Below are positions 27,764 through 37,230 of a stretch of 59,322 nucleotides of DNA, in pieces; positions within the stretch are counted from its first letter, which is position 1; each line of letters begins with the position of its first letter. The notes below the pieces were generated by a model. The model searched no databases. It saw only the letters and a program-made list of their open reading frames with translations, and had not been told where the DNA came from. The stretch is taken from positions 1 through 59,322 of the IMG/VR virus record IMGVR_UViG_3300020045_011589, one strand, 5' to 3'. This DNA comes from a virus. Its lineage: Duplodnaviria > Caudoviricetes. A program made the translations under genes and the position numbers.

Positions 27764-29065
27764 TTAAATTATATTAGGGCTTACACGGGTTAGATCGTCA
27801 GTGCCGAGGTCATAATCTCTAGGCTTCTTTTTAGCAAAGTCATCTTCTCGACTATATCTTGTTCCATCAATTGCGTGATTTTCTTTATCAGGAAATCTTT
27901 CTTTAATAGTGCCGTCCTTAGTCCTTTCAAGGGCATAATTAACAAACTCCCTAGAAGCTAGAGGGCATCTGTTGGGATCAATAACTATCAGCTCTAACTC
28001 TTGCAGCGTTTTAACGCCAAACTCTACGGAACCAGGGCCTTTTTTAGCGCCTTTTATTCTCATTCCAAAATCTTTAAGCTCGGCGATACTCTTAGGCTCT
28101 GCACTATCTGCAATTGTTAATGTTTGTCTATGGTGAGGTTTTGTCTTGGCATAAAACTGTCGATTACCGATAGTTATTCCGCTTATCTCATCGAATAAAT
28201 AAAGCCTTCGTCTTGTTGAATCAAAGTGATTTCTACCAAACCACAGAGGATTAGCAGCATACCCAAAGTCTAGTCCCTGGCTTATGTTGTCAAATATGGC
28301 TATCTCTTCATCATCAATATCTCTAATCTTGATATTGTTAAAGACTTCTAAACCAGTTCCAACTTCTAAACCTAAGTATTCATGTTCATATGCAGTTTCG
28401 TTAACATTTTTAAGATGTTCTGCTTCTGCTATAAATGCTTGACCTAACCATTCTTTAGGTACTTCTAGATAAGTTGATTCATGCACTCGTCTACCAGGCT
28501 TTTTAATCTTAGCTTCTTGATTAACCCAACTACGACCGCTTTTAGGTGGATTATAAGAGTAAAAAGATACTCGCTTCTCATCATTCTCACCACGAAATAA
28601 TGATTGTATTATCTTTCTAAGTTCCTCTGGTCCAGCAAACTGGTCTAACTCCTCAAACCAGACATACTTAATATATCCACGCCCTAGGTTAATTGATTTA
28701 ACCTTGCTAGGCTTATCTGCGCCCTTAAAGACTATCTTTTGACCTGTCGGCTTATAGATAATCTGCATAGGGGAAACTTGAAACTTAAATAAGTCAGTGA
28801 TCCCCATCTTAGCGATCGTCCAAGTTAATTGTCCAAAAACAGTGTCTCTAAGATCATTCTGATAACGCCTAAAAACAACCCCATTAGCATTACTATCTTT
28901 TATTATTCCTAATAGAATTTGAATACTGACAAAGGTAGATTTTGTTGATCCCCTCCCACCTCTTAACCAATATTCTCCATAGGTATTTTCTTTTATCTCA
29001 TGATGTAATTTATAAAAACCTGATGCTATAAGTCCCGCTAAATCAATATTCACAGACTTTAGCAC
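27764..29065 (-). CDS. terL: Terminase large subunit (PBSX family)
   Basis: GGRGSTKS Walker A, WFEE Walker B, GLDFG, ADSAEPKSI, NHAIDGTRY; probable start GTG at 29053. Confidence 0.95.
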   Translation of the reverse strand: MLKSVNIDLAGLIASGFYKLHHEIKENTYGEYWLRGGRGSTKSTFVSIQILLGIIKDSNANGVVFRRYQNDLRDTVFGQLTWTIAKMGITDLFKFQVSPMQIIYKPTGQKIVFKGADKPSKVKSINLGRGYIKYVWFEELDQFAGPEELRKIIQSLFRGENDEKRVSFYSYNPPKSGRSWVNQEAKIKKPGRRVHESTYLEVPKEWLGQAFIAEAEHLKNVNETAYEHEYLGLEVGTGLEVFNNIKIRDIDDEEIAIFDNISQGLDFGYAANPLWFGRNHFDSTRRRLYLFDEISGITIGNRQFYAKTKPHHRQTLTIADSAEPKSIAELKDFGMRIKGAKKGPGSVEFGVKTLQELELIVIDPNRCPLASREFVNYALERTKDGTIKERFPDKENHAIDGTRYSREDDFAKKKPRDYDLGTDDLTRVSPNII

Positions 29066-29756
29066 CTTTTGATAAATTATCGCTTGCCCATAAAGGTTGA
29101 AGATTGGAAAAATTGAAACACTTTTTTTGTTGGATTTCGTCTCTTAAATCATATGATGCACATGGTTTTATATGATCAATATGCCATTCACCATAATTTT
29201 CCCAACTCATACCGCTATTAAATTGTCTTTCGATATGAGCTTTTAGCTCTTCATTGGTGCAGCCAATTATCTGATAAAAACTATCGCTTTTCCTTACTCC
29301 ATTAAGAATTGAGTTTAATCTTCGCCTTAAATTACTCAACAAACGGTACTGGACATCTTCTCTCTTTTTTGCATAATAAGCTAAGCGTTGTTTATTTGTT
29401 TTCTTATACCATTGGCGTCTAACCTGATTTACATGCTCTTTGTTTTCCTTTTCCCATTTGCAACTAGCCGCTATTCTTTTTTTTCTATCTTTGTAATAAC
29501 GTCTTTTATCAAGTTCTCTAGCTTTTTCAGGATTCGCTTTATACCAATCATTTGTTCTTTTTAAACATTTCTCGCGGTGTTTTATATATTGTGCTCTTTC
29601 TTGCTGTTTAGCTTTTACTAAATTGCTGTTACGCCATTCAACTCTATCTTTTCTGCAACATTCAGCGCATCGTGATTTATAACCATTTTTTTTATATTTA
29701 TCTTTATGAAATTCACTTAATGGCTTTTCAACGCCACACTTACTACATTTTTTCAT
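29043..29756 (-). CDS. HNH endonuclease between terS and terL
   Basis: KKCSKC..EKPLSEF; WHIDHIKPC...NLQPLWASDNLSKG. Confidence 0.9.
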   Translation of the reverse strand: MKKCSKCGVEKPLSEFHKDKYKKNGYKSRCAECCRKDRVEWRNSNLVKAKQQERAQYIKHREKCLKRTNDWYKANPEKARELDKRRYYKDRKKRIAASCKWEKENKEHVNQVRRQWYKKTNKQRLAYYAKKREDVQYRLLSNLRRRLNSILNGVRKSDSFYQIIGCTNEELKAHIERQFNSGMSWENYGEWHIDHIKPCASYDLRDEIQQKKCFNFSNLQPLWASDNLSKGAKVCEY

Positions 29757-30277
29757 TTAGATTTAGTCTTGGGCTTAGATTTAGGGATATTGTCAACAAT
29801 CGTTATATTAATATTTCCTAGTAATGCGCTATCGTCTTTAAACATTCCAAGGTGTTTACCAAGCAATTCAAGTGCTTTTAGCTTGTTATGAAGTTTAAAT
29901 TTGGTGGTAGTGGCTTTAGGGCCTTCTGTTTCGCTAAGTTCTTCTATACAAGCAACATCTTCCATTGTTAAATCGCCTGAATCCCTAAGCGTTATCCCAA
30001 ACGATCCCCAATTAGCAAATTGGCGCATATCTGAAAAAGCAATCCTATTTAGTTCAGCCAATACTTTATCTTGAGTGATGCCTGTTCTTTCAGCCCTTTT
30101 GTCAAAGGCTTCTTGTATAGCTTCTTGAATACTAAGTTTTGATAAGTTTTGACCAGCTATCACATTTGCTGTTTTCTTGCTATAACAAGCCCTAATAGCC
30201 GCTTGAGTAGCGTTAAGATCAATTAAGTATTCATCAACAAATTTCTTTTGCTTATCTGTTAACCCTGGCTTTGCCAT
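29753..30277 (-). CDS. terS: Terminase small subunit
   Basis: LTDKQKKFVDEYLIDLNATQAAIRA; KLKALELLGKHLGMF. Confidence 0.95.
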   Translation of the reverse strand: MAKPGLTDKQKKFVDEYLIDLNATQAAIRACYSKKTANVIAGQNLSKLSIQEAIQEAFDKRAERTGITQDKVLAELNRIAFSDMRQFANWGSFGITLRDSGDLTMEDVACIEELSETEGPKATTTKFKLHNKLKALELLGKHLGMFKDDSALLGNINITIVDNIPKSKPKTKSK

Positions 30278-30459
30278 TCTTTTTCATCTACCTCAATAGT
30301 TATCCTTAATGGCTTTTGACTAAATAGCGTTAGATTCGATATTGCTTCTCTTTCACTGCCTGGTATATCGATTTTCACGCGAGCATTGCCATCTGTGCCA
30401 TCAACGCTTATTGCGCTTAATAACGGTGCGATTGATCCACTAAATTCAATTTTTTCCAT
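30259..30459 (-). CDS. Hypothetical protein
   Basis: Strong RBS; overlaps the terS start. Confidence 0.6.
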   Translation of the reverse strand: MEKIEFSGSIAPLLSAISVDGTDGNARVKIDIPGSEREAISNLTLFSQKPLRITIEVDEKEWQSQG

Positions 30460-30633
30460 ACTTCCCCCTTTAGTTTTTGCTTATAAAATAGAACCAGCCC
30501 CAACATAAATGCTAGGACTGGCATTACTCCCCTTGCCATAGACTTCCCTGTCTTAATTAATTCAAGCTCATTAAGTGTTTGACCAACGCTTAAGAATTTG
30601 CCTGTATCGTAGATGTTCGAAGTGACAAGGGGA

Positions 30634-31297
30634 TTATTTAATTAATCTAATAGCTTCAAAAGCTTCCGCTGCTTTTAATCCAGCCATTGAGCCTCTGTAC
30701 ATAGCAAGACTTTTAACAATTTCTATGCTACGAGGGTGCGGATAATCTCTCATCTCTTCTTTATAACAATCTAATGCTTTTAATTTATCGTCTAATGTAG
30801 CGCTTATATCAATAAACACATTGGGCTTAAATGTATCTGGATGGTTCCATTCTGTGCTTGATAAAACCTCGAATGCGTATAGTTCTTTTATTTCGCCTCG
30901 TCTAGCAACTGCTGTCTTTACTGCTTTAGCGGTTATAACGTGATCCAAATTTAGGCATTTTTCAGAGTGACTGAACAATATCGATGGATTGACAACGCTT
31001 ATTGCAGTTTCTATCTTTTGAATAACGCTTAATAGTGAAACCTTATCAAATTCGTTGTCCTCAAGCTTTACTCCACCAACGCCAATTAACTCTTTAGCGC
31101 CTAATATATTTAAAACGCTTTGTTTCACCTTATCTTGTTCTGTTTGTTCCCCAAATGTTCTTGCCGGCCGGCCTGAACCTAGCCAAAAAATAAAGACCTC
31201 ATGGCCTTCATCGGTTAGCTTTTTAATTGTTCCGCCCATTGATAATGTTTCATCATCAGGGATGAGAGGCTATAACTAATATTCGTTTAGCGCTCAT
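30634..31297 (-). CDS. PIG-L/LmbE-family N-deacetylase requiring a +1 shift at CCC-TGA (or a frameshifted pseudogene)
   Basis: ATG 31297 MSAKRILVIASHP then TGA; the +1 frame continues DDETLSMGG, restoring HPDDE; DH, HPRS and AEAF motifs. Confidence 0.8.
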
Positions 31298-31954
31298 TTA
31301 TTGACCACCCCCAAGCAAAAACTCAGCGAATTTAAAATTCATTTCATTGTCGATATCGATTGATCTGTTTGGATCTGTTAAAAATGGTATTGGATTTAAG
31401 TCTAACCAATCATCAGCCTTAAGGAATGGTTTTGTTTTCGCCATTATTATTGAGCCATCATGTTTATAAGTTGGTGTTAAATCTTGTCTTTTAGATTCAA
31501 ACTCCTCATCTCTTGGCCACAATTTGCATTGCTCGATAGTTAAAGCCCATTGTGGTGGATATTCGTATTCTGAAATTGACATCAAGCAATCGGCATTACT
31601 TGACCAGAGCTTACTATAAGCACTATCTATATCGCTACTTGTTCTTAAAGGACTAGTTGGCAATAATAAAACAAACTGATCTGTTCTAAAGGGTAATGGA
31701 CTACTCAAAATATCTTTACAGACATCAAAAACCGTAGCAGTATCTGTTGCTAACTCCGGCCTTCTTAAATGAACTGAATAGTTGCTATGCTTTGGAAAAT
31801 CTTTATCATCTGTAGATATAATTATTCCAGTAATATTTACACTTTTTTGAGCCGCTTCAATCGTCCATTGAATAAGTGGCTTTCCAGCTAAAAGTTTCAT
31901 ATTCTTGTTTGGCAACCGTTCTGAATTTTTTTTGCAAGGTATAATGGCAATCAA
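31298..31954 (-). CDS. neuA: CMP-nonulosonate synthetase (NeuA/PseF family cytidylyltransferase)
   Basis: IIP...SERLPNKN...GKPLI, STD, PTSPLR, SIDID. Confidence 0.9.
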   Translation of the reverse strand: MIAIIPCKKNSERLPNKNMKLLAGKPLIQWTIEAAQKSVNITGIIISTDDKDFPKHSNYSVHLRRPELATDTATVFDVCKDILSSPLPFRTDQFVLLLPTSPLRTSSDIDSAYSKLWSSNADCLMSISEYEYPPQWALTIEQCKLWPRDEEFESKRQDLTPTYKHDGSIIMAKTKPFLKADDWLDLNPIPFLTDPNRSIDIDNEMNFKFAEFLLGGGQ

Positions 31955-32595
31955 TTTTTTAATATCTCCAAACTTCTATCTCCATGATTAAATAACAAAT
32001 CTATCACGCTTAAATTATCATTTTTATCCTGATATTCTTGGAATATTGGCTTAACGCCTGCTTTTTCAAAGGCTTCTATGTCGCAGTAATTCTTGCCCTC
32101 GCCACCAAATATGTAGCAATCGCTTTTAAGTACTTTACACATATCTAGTACTAAATCGCTCTTTAAGCCCTTAAAGTTGTAATTAGACGCTTTATAATAT
32201 GTAACATTGATATTTAGTACATGTAGCAAGTGCTTTAAAATATATTCGTTCAGTTCATCTAATAGCTGCCATTTACGACTGTAAACATCTTCAAAAAATG
32301 GCCAATACTCTTTAAAATAAGGTTTTTTACAGTAAGCTAGTTGAATTGATTTAGCATGTTTAGATCGCCAATTACTATCTACTATCTCTACATCTTTTAT
32401 TAGCTGATCTCGCCCACCTTTAACCGGAACAGTTAAAAGTATTTTACCGTTAGCCCCTTTAATATAGTTTCGGTTCTCAAATGCCTTTGGGCTAAACCTA
32501 ACTGCGTTAAAGTTACAAAAAGCATCAGCTTGCAAAATCTTATTTATAAGTCCACCCCACGGAAGATATGCGGTTTGATGCGCTGTTAAGATCAC
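31951..32595 (-). CDS. wbqC: WbqC-like protein
   Basis: HQTAYLPW, NRNYIK, LTVPV, LSVIDLLFNHG. Confidence 0.9.
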   Translation of the reverse strand: MILTAHQTAYLPWGGLINKILQADAFCNFNAVRFSPKAFENRNYIKGANGKILLTVPVKGGRDQLIKDVEIVDSNWRSKHAKSIQLAYCKKPYFKEYWPFFEDVYSRKWQLLDELNEYILKHLLHVLNINVTYYKASNYNFKGLKSDLVLDMCKVLKSDCYIFGGEGKNYCDIEAFEKAGVKPIFQEYQDKNDNLSVIDLLFNHGDRSLEILKN

Positions 32596-32780
32596 TTAAA
32601 CATCCCTATAAAAGCCTCTTTAATTGCTGCCCCTAGCTTTCTAAAAGATTGCCTAAGATCTTCTATAGCTAGTGGTAAAGTTAAACATTTTCTATGCCAA
32701 TTACCGTCATACCAAAGGCCATCGTTAAAGGTTACTAGGTCTTTATCTTTAATTGGTTTATTGCAATAAAAACAATCCAT
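32592..32780 (-). CDS. Small Cys/His protein
   Basis: CxxC...HxxC; RBS present. Confidence 0.5.
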   Translation of the reverse strand: MDCFYCNKPIKDKDLVTFNDGLWYDGNWHRKCLTLPLAIEDLRQSFRKLGAAIKEAFIGMFK

Positions 32781-32788
32781 TTGTCCCC

Positions 32789-33367
32789 CTAAGAGCTGGC
32801 AGTAGGACTTGAACCCACAACCTGTTTATATTTAGCATATTGTTTTGCCCAATACCCTCTTGGTGGTTTTTTTATGCCATACAATTTGCACCTTTTAGAG
32901 ATTGCAACACTTGTTACGCTATATTCTCTTGCTATTTGTTCACAGGATTTTTCCCAAACTAATTTAGTTAATTCATCTTTTGTAATATTAAAACGTCTTT
33001 TTCCTTGTTTGTAGCATTTAACAGAACAATACTTATTGTAATTTTTAACTGCTAAAAACGTATTTTTACAAAATAAGCATATTCTTTCTTCGGAAACATA
33101 ATTACCTCTTTCTTTGTGATGCTGTAATATATGACTGCTTAAGGTTAGAACTATAATATTTTCAATCCTGTTATCTAGCTTGTTACCGTTTATGTGATGC
33201 ACTACTTCTTGTCGTTTAAGCCATCTGCCCATCTTAATTGAAGCAATATGCCTATGATAAGCAACTAATCCCCCTTTGTTTGCGAGTGGGTGATAAGGAT
33301 CATAAAATCTATCATACGGACACTTATTGGCTTTAATTAATTTTATTTTTTTATCATAAATTATCAT
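32789..33367 (-). CDS. HNH homing endonuclease
   Basis: VHHINGNKLDNRIENI; C-terminal KKPPRGYWAK; own TGTTATAAT promoter. Confidence 0.9.
   Translation of the reverse strand: MIIYDKKIKLIKANKCPYDRFYDPYHPLANKGGLVAYHRHIASIKMGRWLKRQEVVHHINGNKLDNRIENIIVLTLSSHILQHHKERGNYVSEERICLFCKNTFLAVKNYNKYCSVKCYKQGKRRFNITKDELTKLVWEKSCEQIAREYSVTSVAISKRCKLYGIKKPPRGYWAKQYAKYKQVVGSSPTASS
32792..32826 (-). tRNA. tRNA 3'-half remnant (variable loop, T-arm, acceptor strand) inside the HNH 3' end
   Basis: AGGTT-GTGGG-TTCAAGT-CCTAC-TGCCAGC-T. Confidence 0.7.
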
Positions 33368-33418
33368 TTAAACCCCCTACTTGTAATATTATAACAAATA
33401 CTAGGTTTAAATTACATG

Positions 33419-33489
33419 AGCTGGTGAAAAGAATCGAACTTTTATTTAATGCTTACAAGGCAATTGTTTTTCCTTTAAACTACACCAGC
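33419..33489 (-). tRNA. tRNA-Thr(TGT), AT-rich
   Basis: GCTGGTG/CACCAGC acceptor, GTTT/AAAC D-stem, CTTGTAA loop, AAAAG-TTCGATT-CTTTT T-arm; no encoded CCA. Confidence 0.75.
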
Positions 33490-33491
33490 AT

Positions 33492-34235
33492 TTATAAAAT
33501 TGCATATGATAAAGTGCTTGTGAACGGAAAACGCTTAACGCTAAGATTATTTAACTTAAAATAGCTAAATACTGATTTACTTTCCCCGCTCCAATTTCTT
33601 GATCCGAGTTCGTCAAAAATTATGCATGCCCCTTTAGGCATTCTTGGTACAAAATGCTCTAATGCGGATAATGTTGGTTTCTCTATATCAAAATCTAATA
33701 CTAAAAGTGCGACCACTAACGATGGATTATACTTTATATATTTAGGGATAGTCTTACAAGCGTCCCCTCTTACTGTTTCAATCTTTTTTATATGGCCGAC
33801 TGCTCTATTGCTGTCAAATAATTCTGCTGCCTCATTGATTACCGCTTCACTGTCTACATTAAAACCGCCGTCTTTACCCTCGCCTGTATTTTTATCGGAA
33901 TCAGTAAATGATTTATGTCCTGAAAATGTATCAAACGCTATAACACGCCGTGGATTTACCGGCTCATATATAGCTGATAGCTGCCCCCATAAAAGAGTAG
34001 CGCCTCCAAATAGGGCGCCCCCTTCGACTACGTCCCCATGTACTGGTAAAATCTTTTGAAATAGTTCGACCCTTGCTAAATACTTGCTTAATTGTTGCCG
34101 AGAGCAAAACAAAGGCCAATTATTAGCTTTCTCAAAGCCTGACATTGGTGCTGAATTAAAAAATGCCTCCATATTGGAAGCATAATCTTGTTCTTTATCT
34201 GTTCTAGTCGCTTGACTAAATCTGTATGCCCCCAA
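33492..34235 (-). CDS. TylF/MycF-like sugar O-methyltransferase
   Basis: GDVVEGG, FDTFSG, GDACKTIP, LDFDIEKPT, FDEL. Confidence 0.8.
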   Translation of the reverse strand: MGAYRFSQATRTDKEQDYASNMEAFFNSAPMSGFEKANNWPLFCSRQQLSKYLARVELFQKILPVHGDVVEGGALFGGATLLWGQLSAIYEPVNPRRVIAFDTFSGHKSFTDSDKNTGEGKDGGFNVDSEAVINEAAELFDSNRAVGHIKKIETVRGDACKTIPKYIKYNPSLVVALLVLDFDIEKPTLSALEHFVPRMPKGACIIFDELGSRNWSGESKSVFSYFKLNNLSVKRFPFTSTLSYAIL

Positions 34236-34243
34236 AATTCCCC

Positions 34244-34504
34244 CTAGTCGTCAAACTTAGCTAACACCTTGCTTTGGCTCATTACTAAGCAATCCATATT
34301 GTCTATTTTAATTGTTTTTATCTTAGTAGAGTCTTTGAATACAACCCTGTCGCCTATTTCAATATCTTCTACCTTGCTGCCTATGGCCAAAATCTTGCCT
34401 GTTAACGGTATCTCATTGTTTACTAGTAAAATACCGCTTTTTGTTTCTTTTTCTGCTTCTTCTTTTGAAATTATTACTTTGTCACTGATTGTTCTAAATT
34501 TCAA
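34244..34504 (-). CDS. groES: Co-chaperonin GroES-like protein
   Basis: DKVII...ETKSGILL...GKILAIG...GDRVVF. Confidence 0.85.
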   Translation of the reverse strand: MKFRTISDKVIISKEEAEKETKSGILLVNNEIPLTGKILAIGSKVEDIEIGDRVVFKDSTKIKTIKIDNMDCLVMSQSKVLAKFDD

Positions 34505-35158
34505 TTAATCCCCCTGTTTTTCCCTATAAACCGTGAAGCAAACGTCCCCCGGCCAATAATGCATTTTCATAGTAATAAATGGACTAAATTTAGTAACAAA
34601 CTCAAGTATTGCATGAGGTTCTAATCTTAACTCTGTCTTACTATCGCCGAATGGATGAGTTGATACGCCTGTGAAAGCAATTGTCCCTTTAGATAAGCGC
34701 ACCATATGAGTTATTAGCTCAAATACTTTATTAACGCCCTCTTTTGTTACCGGAAGCTTATAAAACAGCCCCTGCGATAAGATAATGTCATACTGTTTAG
34801 GCTTGCCAGTTAATGGGCCTAATGGTTGATAATCGCATAAATCAGCATGGATTAAATTAAGATCAGGATATTCTTTTTTACCTACCTCTATGCACTTATT
34901 AGATATATCTATTCCGGTATATTTTATTTTTGGATACTTTTTTATTAAATAGTTGCCTAGATTGCCAGTACCACAACCAACCTCAAGAACAGTTTTATCA
35001 TTTAAATCCGCTACTTCTGACAAGACTTTATACCGAGCGTTTAATGATTCTTGACTACCTGCATCAGCCGATTTGTAGCCGGATCCATGCTTTTGAGCCA
35101 GATCGTCATAATAGCCCGCAATATCTGGCTTTTTACTAAGAATATGGACGTTAGACAT
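34505..35158 (-). CDS. Class I SAM-dependent methyltransferase
   Basis: VLEVGCGTG, YTGIDIS. Confidence 0.85.
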   Translation of the reverse strand: MSNVHILSKKPDIAGYYDDLAQKHGSGYKSADAGSQESLNARYKVLSEVADLNDKTVLEVGCGTGNLGNYLIKKYPKIKYTGIDISNKCIEVGKKEYPDLNLIHADLCDYQPLGPLTGKPKQYDIILSQGLFYKLPVTKEGVNKVFELITHMVRLSKGTIAFTGVSTHPFGDSKTELRLEPHAILEFVTKFSPFITMKMHYWPGDVCFTVYREKQGD

Positions 35159-35642
35159 CTTCTTTGATGATCTTAACTTTTTGTGGTTCGGCCTCTACCT
35201 TTACATTACCAATTTTATAGCAAATAACTGTAACATCTTTAGGCTTTAAGCCTTTTTCTTTTAACTTTTCGCTAACATCAGCTAAGAATTTGGCTTCATC
35301 TTCATTTTCGGCGACTACTTTCTTTTCTAAAATGATTTCTTCTTTTTTGCTTACCACTGTTACTTCATAAAGCGTTTTCATGTTTTCCCCCTTGGTTTTT
35401 TCTTTATTATTAAAAAGCTTTTTAAGACCTTCAGCATCTGCTAAATCAGAATTTCCTCTGTATGGGACTGGATGAACTGTTGGTAATGAACCATATCCAT
35501 AGTCTAAAGCAGACCAGCTTGTTGTTTTGCATCTTTGACAAGCATCTGTTCCAGCCAAACTGCAACAACAAGCATATGACGTAGTCACTGTTGCGCTTGT
35601 AGCTTCTACACTAAACCCCGTATTTACATGGTTAAATTTCAT
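35151..35642 (-). CDS. Hypothetical protein (possibly two fused small ORFs)
   Basis: Cys-rich N-half; internal RBS+ATG at MKTLYEV. Confidence 0.45.
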   Translation of the reverse strand: MKFNHVNTGFSVEATSATVTTSYACCCSLAGTDACQRCKTTSWSALDYGYGSLPTVHPVPYRGNSDLADAEGLKKLFNNKEKTKGENMKTLYEVTVVSKKEEIILEKKVVAENEDEAKFLADVSEKLKEKGLKPKDVTVICYKIGNVKVEAEPQKVKIIKEDV

Positions 35643-36033
35643 TAAGTACCCCCTTAAGTGTGGTTACGACTTGCTTTTGTTCTTCTAGTGTTATGCTCGG
35701 ATAAAAAGGCAAGCTTAATATCTCTGAAAATGCCCTTTTGCTTTCAATAAGATCATCCGGGCAACCATAATCATATACCGGTAATTCACAACAGATACCC
35801 TTGGCTTTCATTTGCTCACTTATTTTTTGAGCATTTTTTACTCTTATTGTGTATCGATAAGGACTTTTTACATCAACAAATTTACAATCTTCAGGTAACC
35901 AGAATAATAATTCATCATAGTGAGCAGCTTTACGTTGCCTTTCTTCTTGTATCTCTTTTAACCGCTCTAACTTCTTAATTGCTATAACCGCCGACACATC
36001 ATTCGATAAATCGTTAGCTGGCAAGACTTTCAA
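35632..36033 (-). CDS. DegT/DnrJ/EryC1/StrS aminotransferase, C-terminal half
   Basis: D..A.IA..KL.RL, YRYTIR, ILSLPFYPSIT.EEQ; TTG start overlaps the endonuclease stop. Confidence 0.85.
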   Translation of the reverse strand: MKVLPANDLSNDVSAVIAIKKLERLKEIQEERQRKAAHYDELLFWLPEDCKFVDVKSPYRYTIRVKNAQKISEQMKAKGICCELPVYDYGCPDDLIESKRAFSEILSLPFYPSITLEEQKQVVTTLKGVLNEI

Positions 36034-37121
36034 TTGAAATCAACTACCTTTAATAAAGCTTGTTTTGGATTTTTACGAATATCTTTTTCCCATATCCGGA
36101 CTACTTTATAACCCTTATTAATCATCCAAGTATCTCTTCTTTTATCTCTAGCCTTAACTTTTGGTAACATATGCCAATAATCACCATCACACTCTATTGC
36201 TAGTTTTTTACTTGGAATGAAAATATCCACTCTTGACCATCCAATAGGATATTGTGTTATATATTCCACCTCTAAACCATCAAGCACTTTGTGTATAGCA
36301 ATTTCAATTGAAGAAGGGCTAGCCGTTTTTGCTGCTTCATGCATTTTTAGCATATGACTATTCACAAATTCAGGTTCTTGAGACTTCCACCATTCTTTAA
36401 CTTTTAATCCGTGCTCTGGGTTTTTCCTACCTTTTAATTTTTGTCTAATTTTTTCCTTAGATCCCTCAGACCAAACCCTGTTTTTATTGCGCTCAATAAG
36501 AATGTTTATGGTTTTTTCTGATACCTTTCTTCCCATCTGTGCATTGCTAATATTTTTCTTGTGTTCATCTGTAAGTTTTTTGCCTAACTGCGATTGCCTC
36601 ATTTTTTCTATTGTTTCAATTGAGCACTTCATGCCCTTTCGAGGCGAGGGCTTGCCCCTAAGAGAAGTCCTCATTTTTTCTATGTGTTCTTTAGATAATT
36701 TTCTGCCCTTGAGTATTTTTGATATTTTATCTTTTGTTTCCTGACTATGCTTTTTACCTTTAGATGCTTTACTTAATTTAAGCCTAGTTTCTGAAGAACA
36801 TTCTCTTCCTATATTAGCTTTACTTATTTTCTCTCTTGTTTTACTAGAAACCTTATGCCCCATTAATGCTCGGCTAAGCTTTTTACAAGCTTCTGGGGGT
36901 ATTTTCTTCCCCTTATGGGATTCACTCATTTTTTGTCTTGTCTCTAATGAACGACTTTTACCTTTATTCGCTCTACTAATCTTATCTTTGGTCTCTTGGC
37001 CGTGTTTTTTCCCAAGAAAAGAGTGTTTCCCAGTGCAAAAGTTAGAACAATATTTGCCATTTCTTTTGATTTGCTGTTCGGTAAGTGGTTTAGAGCAATA
37101 TAAACACGTGGTATACTTCAT
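36030..37121 (-). CDS. Cys-rich N-terminus + NUMOD3 repeats + DUF559/Vsr-like (PD-D/ExK) endonuclease
   Basis: Many K.S.ET..K.S repeats; VDIFIP, IECDGDYWH, GYKVVRIWE. Confidence 0.88.
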   Translation of the reverse strand: MKYTTCLYCSKPLTEQQIKRNGKYCSNFCTGKHSFLGKKHGQETKDKISRANKGKSRSLETRQKMSESHKGKKIPPEACKKLSRALMGHKVSSKTREKISKANIGRECSSETRLKLSKASKGKKHSQETKDKISKILKGRKLSKEHIEKMRTSLRGKPSPRKGMKCSIETIEKMRQSQLGKKLTDEHKKNISNAQMGRKVSEKTINILIERNKNRVWSEGSKEKIRQKLKGRKNPEHGLKVKEWWKSQEPEFVNSHMLKMHEAAKTASPSSIEIAIHKVLDGLEVEYITQYPIGWSRVDIFIPSKKLAIECDGDYWHMLPKVKARDKRRDTWMINKGYKVVRIWEKDIRKNPKQALLKVVDFN

Positions 37122-37230
37122 TATATCGAGCCTCCTAGTTAGGTTCGGTCATGCTCTGGGAAGTTAGCGCTTCGCCAGGGCTTTATTTATCTTATTATAC
37201 CAGAACAAGCGTTTGGTTTAAACTATTTTT
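37122..37230 (-). promoter_or_regulatory. Conserved nuclease leader, copy 2
   Basis: TGGTATAAT; 29-nt hairpin 37153-37181; RBS hairpin. Confidence 0.8.

Noticed and set aside
31250-31261. Stop-codon reassignment suggested by TGA TGA TGA and the TTA-containing tRNA-like loop
   Set aside because: Genes are full length under the standard code and use all three stops; read-through here would not restore the frame, whereas a +1 shift does
36030-37230. Group I/II intron or intein in the aminotransferase
   Set aside because: The insert is almost entirely ORF plus a ~100-nt leader, has a stop at the 5' junction, and shows no ribozyme core or intein termini
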